From IMG/VR virus record IMGVR_UViG_2770939586_000001: a stretch of DNA of 64,000 nt. One strand, 5' to 3'. Below are positions 9,249 through 19,691 of this stretch, one piece after another. Below the pieces are notes generated by a model that had not been told where the DNA came from, searched no databases, and saw only the letters and a program-made list of their open reading frames with translations. Numbering within the stretch: position 1 is the stretch's first letter; every line of letters begins with the position of its first letter. This DNA is from a virus. Its lineage: Duplodnaviria > Caudoviricetes. Position numbers and translations under genes: made by a program.

Positions 9249-11963
9249 ATGGATAAAGTATCATATCTAGTACAGGCTTCTCCTCTTTCGTTTGCCAGGC
9301 TATCATATTCCATTCAATTTAATGCGAATCCTGTAAATGTAGCAAGTTATGCAGTTCAAGTTGATGTATTAAACAGGCACAACGCATTAGAGGAGAGAAA
9401 CCTGTACACGCCTGTAAAACGCACAACACGCAAGGTGTTTGAGAATAAAGGTAGCGGTATGATGCTTCGGAAGCGGATGCGGCGTATGATTGAGCATAAA
9501 GAGAGTCAAGCAACTATACTGGAATTAATCCTTGATGGCGTAATGATCGGTCAAGATTCGGCAAAACAAAGGGAAAGTATAGGCGATAGTATACCAGAAC
9601 AAATTGTGGGTGCAGAAGTTATACAGAATAGTCAGGTATCTTTATTGGATGGGAAACGATTAGTAGGCAAGTCGGTAATGGACTCGACAACGCCTAAAGT
9701 CGATGTGTCCAAAACAATGTGTATAGGCGATGGAATTGAAAAAGAAGTTTGTACGTCTTGTGAATCTCGAAAACAAGGTGGTAGGTATGATTCGCTCGTT
9801 ACGTTTAGTCTGAAGCGAGACTACCGTGATGGAATCGAAAAGCATATACATACAGCTGCACGTGACGGGGAACAAACAGGATTCTCGAAAAATTTGTATG
9901 ATAGTAGGATTCAGGATAGTCAACATGGACTTCCGATACAACAGAGCAGTGCAGTGGTACAGCGGATCACAATCGGAGTAGAGGCAGAAAGACGATTGGC
10001 TAAAGCCGAAGAGAACGGTGAAGCTATAGAAAGCAGCAATAGGTATACCAGAACAGCAAAACCGCAGCATGTCATGTCTCCTCAATATTCTAATGATTTT
10101 TTAATTAACCGTATTGCTGATACGGTAGAGAAGGCGCAAGATCATGCGGTATCGTATGGGGAGATTGGAACGGAAGAGGGCGGTCAAAGCGGCGTTATAA
10201 CTGCTATGTATGAAGCAAATGAAAAAGAGTTACGTGATGTTCCGGTGAACGAGACTCAGGGCAGAGTCACAGATATAGAAAACGGTGCAGCAACGGTAGA
10301 ATATCAAGGGATTTCCAATAAATCTTGGGAAGGAAATAATGTTCTATATGTTGGTCATATAACTAGGGATACAGAGGGGAATATACCAGATATAGAACAG
10401 GCTATTTTTCATGCAGGAGAAGTTGGAACAATCATAGGAGCAGAAGTAATCGTACATGATGACAATGAAGCACTCAGTAGGTTAGGAACTGTCGGGGTAG
10501 AGAATTTAATTCAAGAATCCAGCTTACATGACGTTGCTGGCGAGGAAAGTAAAAATGAACAAGGTTACGGCGATGCGATCCAAAATGGATGTGAAAAAGA
10601 TATACACAAAGTTGATGTATCCTTACAAGAAGCAGTACAGATTAGGAATGATGAACAAATAACTGAAATAGGAGATGTAAAGGATACATTTTGCAGTCAG
10701 AGTCATCGTTTCTTTGTTGCTGAGAGAGAAGCTGTCCGAACGAATTTGGATGATAGCATGGCGGGGGATAGCGCAATAAATGGTACTGCTTATGCACGAC
10801 TTATTAACTCTACGATTAGCACGGGGGACTCTGTTATACGTGATGAGGAACAAGGGTGGACCGTATTAGAGAATGAAGCTAGCGAGGAAAAAAATATACC
10901 ATCCGTTAGTAAAGTGCAGGATAGCATGAATACCGAAAATGTACGGATAGTCGGTACGAGGCAAGAGCAAGTCGGAATTATGTCGGACGTAGACAAGGTT
11001 AAATCACAGGATATAACAGGAGAAAAAGTAGATAATGCGTGTGATATGAGGAGGAAAATAGTAAATGATGTGATTGAAAAGACAGAAGAAACGGTTTGTA
11101 TGAACGGTTCGGATGGGATAGACGTTAGCAGCACAGAAATGGCAGATATTCATATGGAGGTTTACACTTTCATACAGAAAGATGAACAGATAAGCAAAAT
11201 AAAAGCTATAGATTCAATTGAGCAGAAGAATACGCAGGCGCACAGTTCTCTGACAGATGCGGTTCATGGCAAAAGCGAGCAGGCTTATTTCAATATGGTT
11301 GATGTGGTTTGGGATAAAAGTGAACAGGCTTATCCTGGTATGTTCGATACGCTCTTACATCGAGCGGATATGGGGAATGTAGGGATATTGGTAGGAGAAG
11401 TATTTGCAGGAGATGAAACGTTTTCTTCATCATCAGCTTCGCCTGGAATACATGTACACGCAGAAGAAAAGGCTAGCGCTCATTTTCTTGATACCATGCA
11501 TCAGGGAGATGAAAAACTAAAGACAGAATCCGTTGTCCTGTCTGCTACGTGTGAAATTACGCAAGATCAAGTCATTATTAAACCGATAGTTGGGGTGATG
11601 GAAGAAATAAGACAAGTTTTACCTTCTCTGATGGATACAATTATGTCTCATGGGGAGATGGCTAATGTTCTATATATCGACACAACAATGTCACACGATA
11701 CCTCGATGTTCATGGGAGTCGTCATAGCTGTAGAAGATCAAAAGATGCACAACGGTATCGTTACAGCGGTTGACGGGAGAGAAATAAAATTTAGTGAAGC
11801 TGAACTTGGCTCCAATAAGATTAAGATATGGTTCTTAGGAGAAGGAGAAAGAATGGAAGAGATACCTGATCCAGACTCAGAACCGCAGGAGAAGCGGAGA
11901 ATTTGGCTTATCATGGGTAAACCGAATTTCTGGAACGGGTGGAATTGGAAGAAAACAAGATAA
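9249..11963 (+). CDS. Large degenerate-repeat acidic protein with a Trp-rich C-terminus
   Basis: 904-aa ORF with strong RBS; ~15-aa degenerate repeats; ends KRRIWLIMGKPNFWNGWNWKKTR. Confidence 0.6.
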   Translation: MDKVSYLVQASPLSFARLSYSIQFNANPVNVASYAVQVDVLNRHNALEERNLYTPVKRTTRKVFENKGSGMMLRKRMRRMIEHKESQATILELILDGVMIGQDSAKQRESIGDSIPEQIVGAEVIQNSQVSLLDGKRLVGKSVMDSTTPKVDVSKTMCIGDGIEKEVCTSCESRKQGGRYDSLVTFSLKRDYRDGIEKHIHTAARDGEQTGFSKNLYDSRIQDSQHGLPIQQSSAVVQRITIGVEAERRLAKAEENGEAIESSNRYTRTAKPQHVMSPQYSNDFLINRIADTVEKAQDHAVSYGEIGTEEGGQSGVITAMYEANEKELRDVPVNETQGRVTDIENGAATVEYQGISNKSWEGNNVLYVGHITRDTEGNIPDIEQAIFHAGEVGTIIGAEVIVHDDNEALSRLGTVGVENLIQESSLHDVAGEESKNEQGYGDAIQNGCEKDIHKVDVSLQEAVQIRNDEQITEIGDVKDTFCSQSHRFFVAEREAVRTNLDDSMAGDSAINGTAYARLINSTISTGDSVIRDEEQGWTVLENEASEEKNIPSVSKVQDSMNTENVRIVGTRQEQVGIMSDVDKVKSQDITGEKVDNACDMRRKIVNDVIEKTEETVCMNGSDGIDVSSTEMADIHMEVYTFIQKDEQISKIKAIDSIEQKNTQAHSSLTDAVHGKSEQAYFNMVDVVWDKSEQAYPGMFDTLLHRADMGNVGILVGEVFAGDETFSSSSASPGIHVHAEEKASAHFLDTMHQGDEKLKTESVVLSATCEITQDQVIIKPIVGVMEEIRQVLPSLMDTIMSHGEMANVLYIDTTMSHDTSMFMGVVIAVEDQKMHNGIVTAVDGREIKFSEAELGSNKIKIWFLGEGERMEEIPDPDSEPQEKRRIWLIMGKPNFWNGWNWKKTR

Positions 11964-11976
11964 GGAGATGATATGT

Positions 11977-13692
11977 ATGCGATGGGATTATATGTATGGT
12001 GGTGGACAGTGGCTGGAAAAAGAAGATCCGCCATTTCAACTTGGAAAGGCTGATCCGAGTTACATTGGGAGAGATTCAAGAGGCAATCTTATTTTAAAAA
12101 CCTGGTGCGTATGGGAAAGCAACAATACGATGCCACCTATTATGAGAAAAGTATGTGGCAGTCTTACGTATGAGCTTAAAAATATTTTTCGTCCAGACCG
12201 TTTATTTGCGATTGAGTTTAATTTGAAGGCACTAGTTGCTAGTGATGGTGGGGCCACAGTCCGAATCGGAAATGGGGAGCTGGAAGCGGTATTTAATTTT
12301 ACGCCTACTACGGTCATCTTAAACGGGATTGATCTTAGGATTCATCCAGGTCGGTTCAAAACGTTTACCTTGTTTCAGGCATGCTTAGAGCGGGCAGAAC
12401 TGTACATTGGCACGGAGAAGCGTTTTAACCGCCCGATTCTTAAGCCATCCACATTCAACGGTATTTCGATTGAAGTAAGCGGAAATGCAGAAGTAGTGCT
12501 GCGATACCTTTTCTTCTGTGTGGACTACGTACCGTGTCGACTTGCTACTGTTACGAGTAAGTCGACATGTCAGGTTAGACGATTCGTATTCGCCCAGAAG
12601 ATGGGGGAAGAACTTGTCATGCATACGGTAGAAGAGGACCAATTTGGCAACTTGGTGGAGATTGGGAATACGGGACTGTCCATCTATAAGCCACAGGTGA
12701 AGCTATTCAAAGCAGAATCAGGCGAGGTTATGGCAGTTTTCCGGCGTAACAAAAGCAGCGCACCGCTTGAGATTGTAGGGGGCTATATTGAAACGTTTTC
12801 GGGATACAACAAAAAAGCAATGCCATGGACAAAAGTAGCCAGTCTGAACAAGGCAGAGATCACAGAAATACCATGGGATACAGCGCATACGTATGAAGAG
12901 TTCGATGCGATAGAGGAAAAGACAGAATCTATGCTCGGTGCCATGATAAACGATGATACAGACCCGAAGAGGGATGGGAGTATCACATTAAACTTTGAAG
13001 TGGACTGTGGGATAAAGGATAATCCACTATTACCAGATGAACCGGCAGGAGACTATGACTTCTATATTGACTTGTTCTGGACCATTCCAGATGATCGGGC
13101 AGACCCTAAAAATCCATTTGTAGACCTTGACTTGTGGGCGGTATCAGCGGAGGAAGTAGACGGACAATACGTATATAACCCGGATTCGATACTGGATTAT
13201 ACTACATCAGCGAAAATAGGGACAAATGTAGTTCAGATAGATGACTGGCTGAAAATGAGTCTCGTAAAAGATAATCGGTCGAACCATCGGACAACAGAAG
13301 ATATAGAAAAGGCATGGAGCGCTTATCGGGAAACAATTACGGTGAAAGGGAACTATGGTAGGGTCTTGACGGTGGGCGTGGCGAATTATGCAGCGCTGGA
13401 AAACTACGCGAAGGCTGAGAATGTGTTGTATTTGCGTGAGCGTCATGGAGTGAAAATCGAAATGGTAGTGTGGGATAAAAAGAATAAAGAACGAAAAGGA
13501 CGACTGGTAATAGAACCAGAATGGTTGTATCGAGAAGGAGCCAACAAAGGATGCGTACTTCCAATATTCGATATTATAGTCGATGAAAATAGAGATATTA
13601 AGGTTGAGGAACGACCGCATGATGGCGTGATACCATTACCTATCTACTCCGATGAGTTCAGAAATAATCTAGATGATAAGCTTGGTCACTAG
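11977..13692 (+). CDS. Phage structural-module hypothetical protein
   Basis: Long ORF with RBS AGGAGATGA; contains a DLDLW motif. Confidence 0.6.
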   Translation: MRWDYMYGGGQWLEKEDPPFQLGKADPSYIGRDSRGNLILKTWCVWESNNTMPPIMRKVCGSLTYELKNIFRPDRLFAIEFNLKALVASDGGATVRIGNGELEAVFNFTPTTVILNGIDLRIHPGRFKTFTLFQACLERAELYIGTEKRFNRPILKPSTFNGISIEVSGNAEVVLRYLFFCVDYVPCRLATVTSKSTCQVRRFVFAQKMGEELVMHTVEEDQFGNLVEIGNTGLSIYKPQVKLFKAESGEVMAVFRRNKSSAPLEIVGGYIETFSGYNKKAMPWTKVASLNKAEITEIPWDTAHTYEEFDAIEEKTESMLGAMINDDTDPKRDGSITLNFEVDCGIKDNPLLPDEPAGDYDFYIDLFWTIPDDRADPKNPFVDLDLWAVSAEEVDGQYVYNPDSILDYTTSAKIGTNVVQIDDWLKMSLVKDNRSNHRTTEDIEKAWSAYRETITVKGNYGRVLTVGVANYAALENYAKAENVLYLRERHGVKIEMVVWDKKNKERKGRLVIEPEWLYREGANKGCVLPIFDIIVDENRDIKVEERPHDGVIPLPIYSDEFRNNLDDKLGH

Positions 13693-13699
13693 AACGAAA

Positions 13700-13724
13700 G
13701 AAGGACTCTGGCTGAGAGTCCTTC
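13700..13724. terminator. Terminator hairpin between convergent genes
   Basis: GAAGGACTCT/AGAGTCCTTC 10-bp stem. Confidence 0.7.
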
Positions 13725-13731
13725 ACTTTAC

Positions 13732-14307
13732 TTATCTTGTTTTAGTCGCGCTTCCTCCATTAAGAGTAACATAAGCGCTATGCTTTCCATTTTTCAATTG
13801 GTAACCTGTCACCTTTAGTTTCAAGTCCATGTATTTTCCATTGTACGAAATGGTTACGGGATACTCCCCATTTTTTGTAGCGGTGATGATGCCATTTTTA
13901 TCAACGGAGATTGGCGTTCCTTTTGGGATTTCCCATACGACTTTATCAGTAATTTTAATAGGTTTTGAGCCATACACAGCATCTATGTCAATCTTACTTT
14001 GAACAACTTTATCCTTGCCGATACTTCTTTCAATTGGATCAACTGCTAGTCTAAAATCTGCATTTTCCGTTTTCGTATCATCTTTCGGCTGAGTTGTGGT
14101 CGATGGAGTAGTCGGAGTCGTTGGTGTAGATGGTGTTGTAGGAGTCGTTTTCGGCTTGGTAATAATAATTTGCGTACTCGTTTCCGTAACTTTTAACCCA
14201 TCTTTCTCTGCTAATGCCTTAATATCAGCGATACTATCAGCAAATACGGCAACAGGAGCTAATACTAGAGTGGCTGCCGTTACTGTAGCAGCAATAAACT
14301 TTTTCAT
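13732..14307 (-). CDS. Secreted moron protein: signal peptide, Pro/Thr linker, Ig-like domain
   Basis: MKKFIAATVTAATLVLAPVAVFA signal peptide; PTT repeats; VVWE...ISVDKNGIITATKNGEYPVTISYNGK. RBS supports start 14307. Confidence 0.7.
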   Translation of the reverse strand: MKKFIAATVTAATLVLAPVAVFADSIADIKALAEKDGLKVTETSTQIIITKPKTTPTTPSTPTTPTTPSTTTQPKDDTKTENADFRLAVDPIERSIGKDKVVQSKIDIDAVYGSKPIKITDKVVWEIPKGTPISVDKNGIITATKNGEYPVTISYNGKYMDLKLKVTGYQLKNGKHSAYVTLNGGSATKTR

Positions 14308-14409
14308 GCTTCCCTCTCCCTTTTTACAATATATGTTTGTATTGATTCTATTGTATATATGGGACAAGTAGAAAGTCACTTGTTTTTTGGTAAAGTTTGT
14401 ATAAGGTAG

Positions 14410-15465
14410 GTGAAGGAGATGCTTTATAAATATAGAAGTGGTTTAATTTTTGATGATACGTTCCAAGCGATGAAAAACGACTGGATATACAGCGTTCCAT
14501 CAGCAGTACGGCTTCATACAGACCTGGTACGCTTGTCTCACAGTCGATCAGGAACGATGATGCTACTTAATTTACCACACAACGAATCAGAGTTGGTATT
14601 GGAGGTGGAAGCAAGCTATGGGCCGGTAGATTCTGGTGATATGGGTGGCCTAATCATCTGGAAGTCGCCGGATGAGTGTCTGGAATTTCTCGAAAGCGTG
14701 GATACAAGTCATGGTGACTATTCCCGATGGCGAGCGGTGAAGTACGGGCTACAGTGGGATTTCTATGCACGTATTAATCAAGATTGGGAGTACTTCGATA
14801 CCGGGGAGTTGGATGCTAATAAAATAGGCGTAACGTTGCAAGGAGAAAGCGGCGTTCCACTTGATATAACGAGAGTAACGGTGTGCCGTGGCGAGTATGT
14901 AGGAGTCGGAAATCTGATGGCTGATTCTATAGTGACGTTGAAGGATAAAAACGGGGCCGTGGTTGAAACGCATGTTGTGCCAGATGGTTATAGCGGTGTG
15001 AATATTCGTTTGCCGCTTGCGGTGTTCGAGGGGGAGATCAAGGTTATAGAAGAGGGAGAAACCCAAACAATCGCAACTACATTTTACGGTGGGGACATGT
15101 ATTTGTATGCGACAACTCCATTGAAAATCTATCGGGATGGGGTAGAACTGAACCGGATCGACTTTTCTGACTGGGGGTATTTCCGAAATAGGGATGTAGA
15201 GATGAAACTACAGCTCGTTAATTCGAGTGATAATAATCTGCATAATATAAAAGTAAAGGCATCACAGCACGAATCAGACGTGGCATACCAATGGATTATC
15301 CTAGCAGAAGATATGAATGGTTTACCGGGAGAGTATCGAGGAGATGTAGCGTTCTCGCAGATATCAGGCGATGAAACGAAAGATTTCTGGCTACGGATTG
15401 AGCGGGCGCGGGATTATTTTGGTTTTAATCCACTACAGTTTAAGTTAGATATTACACACGATTAG
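14410..15465 (+). CDS. Tail-associated protein with ConA/beta-sandwich-like N-terminal domain
   Basis: GDMGGLIIW and WDFYAR lectin-like segments; tail module context. Confidence 0.55.
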   Translation: MKEMLYKYRSGLIFDDTFQAMKNDWIYSVPSAVRLHTDLVRLSHSRSGTMMLLNLPHNESELVLEVEASYGPVDSGDMGGLIIWKSPDECLEFLESVDTSHGDYSRWRAVKYGLQWDFYARINQDWEYFDTGELDANKIGVTLQGESGVPLDITRVTVCRGEYVGVGNLMADSIVTLKDKNGAVVETHVVPDGYSGVNIRLPLAVFEGEIKVIEEGETQTIATTFYGGDMYLYATTPLKIYRDGVELNRIDFSDWGYFRNRDVEMKLQLVNSSDNNLHNIKVKASQHESDVAYQWIILAEDMNGLPGEYRGDVAFSQISGDETKDFWLRIERARDYFGFNPLQFKLDITHD

Positions 15466-15472
15466 GGGGCAG

Positions 15473-16804
15473 TTGCTTGTGACACGAATGAGTTTACGAA
15501 GAAAAACAGTGACTCCTCCACTAGACCCACGTATTTCAGCATTAGAAGATGAGATTATACGAGCGCGGCAGTACCGGACATATGATGCACCACATCGGTC
15601 GCTGGATGAGCGCTTAGATGAGATAGAGAGCCGTCTAGGTATTATTGGAACAGGAGATATGAAAAGGTCACAGTATGATCGAAATGCAGATGGGAAAGTA
15701 GATTATGCGGAAATAGCTGACTGGGCATACAGTGTAGATTGGTCCGGAGTGTACAACAAACCACACATTCCTGCTCCATACATACTACCGATGGCAACCC
15801 AATATACACTTGGCGGAATAAAGTCTGGTGGTGACATTGAAGTACAGCAGGATGGAACGATTCGTGTTATTCGTGGTGGTGGAGGAAGTGCTGTCGAAGA
15901 TTCGCTATACAATGGATACATTCGAGTAGATGGACAGGACATTGAAGTGTATCGTCATCCAGATAATGAATACTTTCGACATGTAACGGATAGTCAGATT
16001 CAGTATTGGAATGCAAAGGCGAATAGAGATGTAGCGACACAGTATAATGATGGACTACTTTCATTGCAGGATAAACGTAAGTTAGATGAATTGGTTATAG
16101 GTATCTCAGAAGCAAAAGCAGATGAGAAATATGCGGCAAAATACCATACACATACACTTGTTACTCAGTTCTCAAGTGGTCTTATGAGTCCAGAAGATAA
16201 GCAAAAACTTGATGGATTGCCAAATGTAGAAGCTGGTAATTTTGTTAAGGACACAGAGCTACAGGCGGAGATACAAAGCGTAAAAGTAGAGGCAGATAGC
16301 AAGTATGCAACGAAAGTACATTCCCATAGTCTTGCTTCTCATACATCAAACGGCTTTATGAGTACTATCGACAAACAGAAGCTAGATAGTTTGGACCCAG
16401 CAAGTTATGCAAACACAGAGGACTTGCAAGCATTAGAACTACGGTTAAATAATTTTGAAAACGGGGGCGGTGGTGTGCCAAAGCTAGAAGAAATCACCGG
16501 CACTGTGGCTGTACCTGCTGGAGGAACAGTTCAGCAGTCATTTCCTACTTCATTTGGGAAATTCGATATTCGTACAGTGTGGGCAAAAGGAACAAAAAAT
16601 TCTTCGATTGTTATACAGATTAATGAAAAATCAGATGGGACGCTTCCTGTTTATCGTAGTAATCAAACTACCGAAGTTGAGGATATTGCTCTTGTTCCAT
16701 ACATTGACAAAACAAATGAAAATAAGCTACATCTTCAGATTGAAAATAAGGGCGGAATCAGCGATACGATCAGTTTTGTAATAAAAATTGTTCAATTAAT
16801 TTAA
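15473..16804 (+). CDS. Tail fibre protein
   Basis: Repeated G(L/F)(L/M)SxxDKxKLD units, ATQYTLGGIK, HTH/HSH motifs, GDMKRSQYDRNADGKVD. Confidence 0.75.
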   Translation: MLVTRMSLRRKTVTPPLDPRISALEDEIIRARQYRTYDAPHRSLDERLDEIESRLGIIGTGDMKRSQYDRNADGKVDYAEIADWAYSVDWSGVYNKPHIPAPYILPMATQYTLGGIKSGGDIEVQQDGTIRVIRGGGGSAVEDSLYNGYIRVDGQDIEVYRHPDNEYFRHVTDSQIQYWNAKANRDVATQYNDGLLSLQDKRKLDELVIGISEAKADEKYAAKYHTHTLVTQFSSGLMSPEDKQKLDGLPNVEAGNFVKDTELQAEIQSVKVEADSKYATKVHSHSLASHTSNGFMSTIDKQKLDSLDPASYANTEDLQALELRLNNFENGGGGVPKLEEITGTVAVPAGGTVQQSFPTSFGKFDIRTVWAKGTKNSSIVIQINEKSDGTLPVYRSNQTTEVEDIALVPYIDKTNENKLHLQIENKGGISDTISFVIKIVQLI

Positions 16805-16815
16805 GGGGTGGGAGA

Positions 16816-17667
16816 ATGGGATATAAATTTCTTTCGGGGACTTGTTTAGTGTCTAATATTTACGAAACATTTACAGGACTATTGGCGGCGGCAGGTTGGC
16901 AAAATATTAGTTCTAAACCAGCAACTGACTACGAAGTATGGTATTCTTCTGGTGGGCAGGGTAATAAACGATTAATTATTCAACTAAGGAAAGATTCGAA
17001 CAGTAATGTAGGTTACAGATTTATTGCTGATTATACTCCAGGTGCAGCGGGGGGAGGGGGAACTATACAACGAACAACAGCAGGATGGAGAAGTTGCAGG
17101 TTTTTCTCCAACGCTTTCGCAAGTTCTTATCCTCAATCAAATCAAGTGTCTTACAAGTACCATGCCAATAAAGACAGGTTAATATTCTATTGTGAAGCTA
17201 CTTATTTAGATGTAACGATGTACAACGGTGTTATTTATCTAGGTTCACCAGACGTTATGTACCATAACGAACCTGGTAGTAAATCTTTGTGTTTGTTAGC
17301 CGGTGGTAATTATAGTTATTCAAATTATTACGGAGATATTAGTGATGCTTTAGATGGAAGGATAACATCTAGCGATACCATTTATTGCTCTCCTACTTAT
17401 ATAGGGGGAAGTTATACAGATATCACAAAAAGTCCGAGTCCCCAAGGAAACTATGTATTTACACCTCACTACGTAAAAGATGGCAACAATGATTTACGTG
17501 GTAAGCTAACGGGATTGTATATTATCTATGCCAAAGGAGCATTACATGGAGATATAGTGAAGATTGGAACAAGAAGTTTTTATCTTGCCATGATGACAGG
17601 AAGTTATGGCTTCTTTCGGACATCTACGGTAGCTGAGTACATCACTTTTTTAGCGTTCGAGGTGTAG
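16816..17667 (+). CDS. Tail fibre-associated/receptor-binding protein
   Basis: Tyr/Ser/Gly-rich, lower-GC ORF downstream of the fibre gene. Confidence 0.55.
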   Translation: MGYKFLSGTCLVSNIYETFTGLLAAAGWQNISSKPATDYEVWYSSGGQGNKRLIIQLRKDSNSNVGYRFIADYTPGAAGGGGTIQRTTAGWRSCRFFSNAFASSYPQSNQVSYKYHANKDRLIFYCEATYLDVTMYNGVIYLGSPDVMYHNEPGSKSLCLLAGGNYSYSNYYGDISDALDGRITSSDTIYCSPTYIGGSYTDITKSPSPQGNYVFTPHYVKDGNNDLRGKLTGLYIIYAKGALHGDIVKIGTRSFYLAMMTGSYGFFRTSTVAEYITFLAFEV

Positions 17668-17668
17668 C

Positions 17669-17923
17669 ATGGCTACGTTTAATGGGCTTATTTTAGATGA
17701 GAATGGTGAAGATTTACTTCTCGCATCGCCACCTCCATCGCGTACTCTTGCAGAAGGTATTCTTATTGAGGAAGATAATGAAGATGATATTTTATTAGCT
17801 TCCTCCCCGCCTGCTCGTATTTTTACGGGTGGATTGCTGATCGAAGAAAACACCTGCGAAAACATGTATAAACCACCACGTCAGTTTCCGCTTGAAATAA
17901 GTTGGACCAAAGGAAGTGATTGA
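17669..17923 (+). CDS. Small acidic protein with ~24-aa internal repeat
   Basis: GLILDE...LLLASPPP / GILIEE...ILLASSPP / GLLIEE. Confidence 0.55.
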   Translation: MATFNGLILDENGEDLLLASPPPSRTLAEGILIEEDNEDDILLASSPPARIFTGGLLIEENTCENMYKPPRQFPLEISWTKGSD

Positions 17924-18209
17924 TTTGGAAGAAGTAAAACGAATCACACTATCCCCTAACATAGAACGCGTATTCGCGTATACCAAGCCTCAACATAAAG
18001 TAGAGGTTCATAACTTGGGAGATGGAAATTTATATTTCAGACGCGATGGTGTAGCTACAGTAAATGGAGAAAACTGTGTGAAAATCCCTAGTGGATTTGG
18101 GATGACGTATTCACCTAAAGCAACATGGCTGTCCTTGCACGTAATCAGCGATACAGGCACAGAGGTACAAATTGTACAAGTACGTGGAGAGTTAGACAGG
18201 TACATGTAA
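17916..18209 (+). CDS. Small beta-rich tail protein
   Basis: Overlapping ORF in the fibre cluster. Confidence 0.55.
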   Translation: MIDLEEVKRITLSPNIERVFAYTKPQHKVEVHNLGDGNLYFRRDGVATVNGENCVKIPSGFGMTYSPKATWLSLHVISDTGTEVQIVQVRGELDRYM

Positions 18210-18221
18210 GGAGATGGTAAG

Positions 18222-18998
18222 ATGTATCCGATTAAACTGCCTTCCGGTAGTAGTGTAGGTACTAGTCCACATAATCATGATGATATTTATTACAGAAAAA
18301 ATACGGTAGATATATTACTAGATAATAAAGCTTCACTTAGTTATGAACATGCGACAACGGGTGATGTGTCATTATATATTGATGCAGTGACAGGAAACGA
18401 TACCAATGATGGTATAGCACCAGAAACGGCATTACAGACAATAGGAGCTGCTATTGCCAAGATTCCACAGATCGTAAACCATACAGTTATGATTCATGTT
18501 GTACACGGACATAAATCAGATGAAGTGATTACACTAAGTGGAATAAGTGGTAAAGGTACTATTAAAATATGTGGAGGGAAAGAGGTAGAAGAATCGCAAA
18601 ATTATGTTGTCAAGCAGGTATCTATTCACAACGTTTCGATACCTGTTCAGGTTACTGGAATACGGGCGAATATTGGTGACGGTACCGCTTTCTATGTTAC
18701 AGCATCTATGTCTGTGAAATTATACGGATGTAGTGCAGTAACTCCAATAAGCGTAGGTGGATGTGGTGTTGAAGTGTTATATTCAAATGTAACCACTGAT
18801 TCTTGTGAGTTTTCGAATAAAGAACGAGCAGTAATAGCAAAACAGTGTGCTATCGTCCTAAGTAAAAACAATATAGGGATTGCTAATCATTATGCGTTAT
18901 CTTCTTTTACAGGGGCAACTGTAGTGAAGTTAGGGACACAGCCAGAATACCTCATAGCGGCAGAATTAACAGAGGCAGGTGGTGTGATTCGAACATGA
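18222..18998 (+). CDS. Tail fibre/spike protein with beta-helix-like domain
   Basis: HNHDDIYY fibre motif; LYIDAVTGNDTNDG...ALQTIGAAI pectin-lyase-like start. Confidence 0.7.
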   Translation: MYPIKLPSGSSVGTSPHNHDDIYYRKNTVDILLDNKASLSYEHATTGDVSLYIDAVTGNDTNDGIAPETALQTIGAAIAKIPQIVNHTVMIHVVHGHKSDEVITLSGISGKGTIKICGGKEVEESQNYVVKQVSIHNVSIPVQVTGIRANIGDGTAFYVTASMSVKLYGCSAVTPISVGGCGVEVLYSNVTTDSCEFSNKERAVIAKQCAIVLSKNNIGIANHYALSSFTGATVVKLGTQPEYLIAAELTEAGGVIRT

Positions 18999-19306
18999 AA
19001 GGTATTATATTTAGAGTTGATACAAGGGAAGTCGTTTTAATTATTGACCATGTAAAAAAGACACTACCAGATAGTGTTATTGGTGCAAATGCCTCTATTA
19101 GTGGTATTAACAACACGCAAGTTGATTATACGATAACGCTAGATACAGACTTACAAGTAGGAGAGATACTATCTATAGACGCATATGAGCTATACAAATA
19201 CACATTGGCAGTATCGAATGAAGCCCTGCATATTGATGATGTACCTGATAAGTATCGTGAAGCAGTACAACGGGTGGTAGAAGGACAAATATACGGGAAT
19301 AATTGA
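18995..19306 (+). CDS. Small tail-associated protein (CD1375-like C-terminus)
   Basis: IDDVPDKYREAV motif. Confidence 0.5.
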   Translation: MKGIIFRVDTREVVLIIDHVKKTLPDSVIGANASISGINNTQVDYTITLDTDLQVGEILSIDAYELYKYTLAVSNEALHIDDVPDKYREAVQRVVEGQIYGNN

Positions 19307-19599
19307 ATTTGATAGGTATACGTGAGGAGATGATATGTGTTGTAGTAAATTGCAGTACAGGGGCAACACACGAGGAAAATTTTGAGTTTATACCGCATGT
19401 GCCGACTGTGGAAGAACTGCTCGCTCGAATTCGTCAGGAACGCAATGCAAAACTCTTGGTGTGTGACTGTACTGTACTGCCATGCTCGCCGTTGTCGGAT
19501 GAACAAAGGCAAGCATGGATAGAATACCGGCAGGCTCTAAGAGATTTCACTGAGATATGTGATCTAGCAAATGTAGTGTGGCCGAAGATTCCCGAATAG
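19303..19599 (+). CDS. Tail fibre assembly chaperone
   Basis: IRQERNAKLLVCD...WIEYRQALRD...VVWP motif; start uncertain. Confidence 0.8.
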   Translation: MNLIGIREEMICVVVNCSTGATHEENFEFIPHVPTVEELLARIRQERNAKLLVCDCTVLPCSPLSDEQRQAWIEYRQALRDFTEICDLANVVWPKIPE

Positions 19600-19691
19600 A
19601 TTAAATTTGGTTATTAATATAGTATGGAACAAAAAGCCGCCCTTCATTTTGAGGAGCGACTTTTTGTTTATGATTTCCTAAAGTATTTTTA

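Noticed and set aside
14376-14412. TGTATAAGGTAGGTGA as a promoter copy in the tail region
   Set aside because: Several mismatches and no upstream box.
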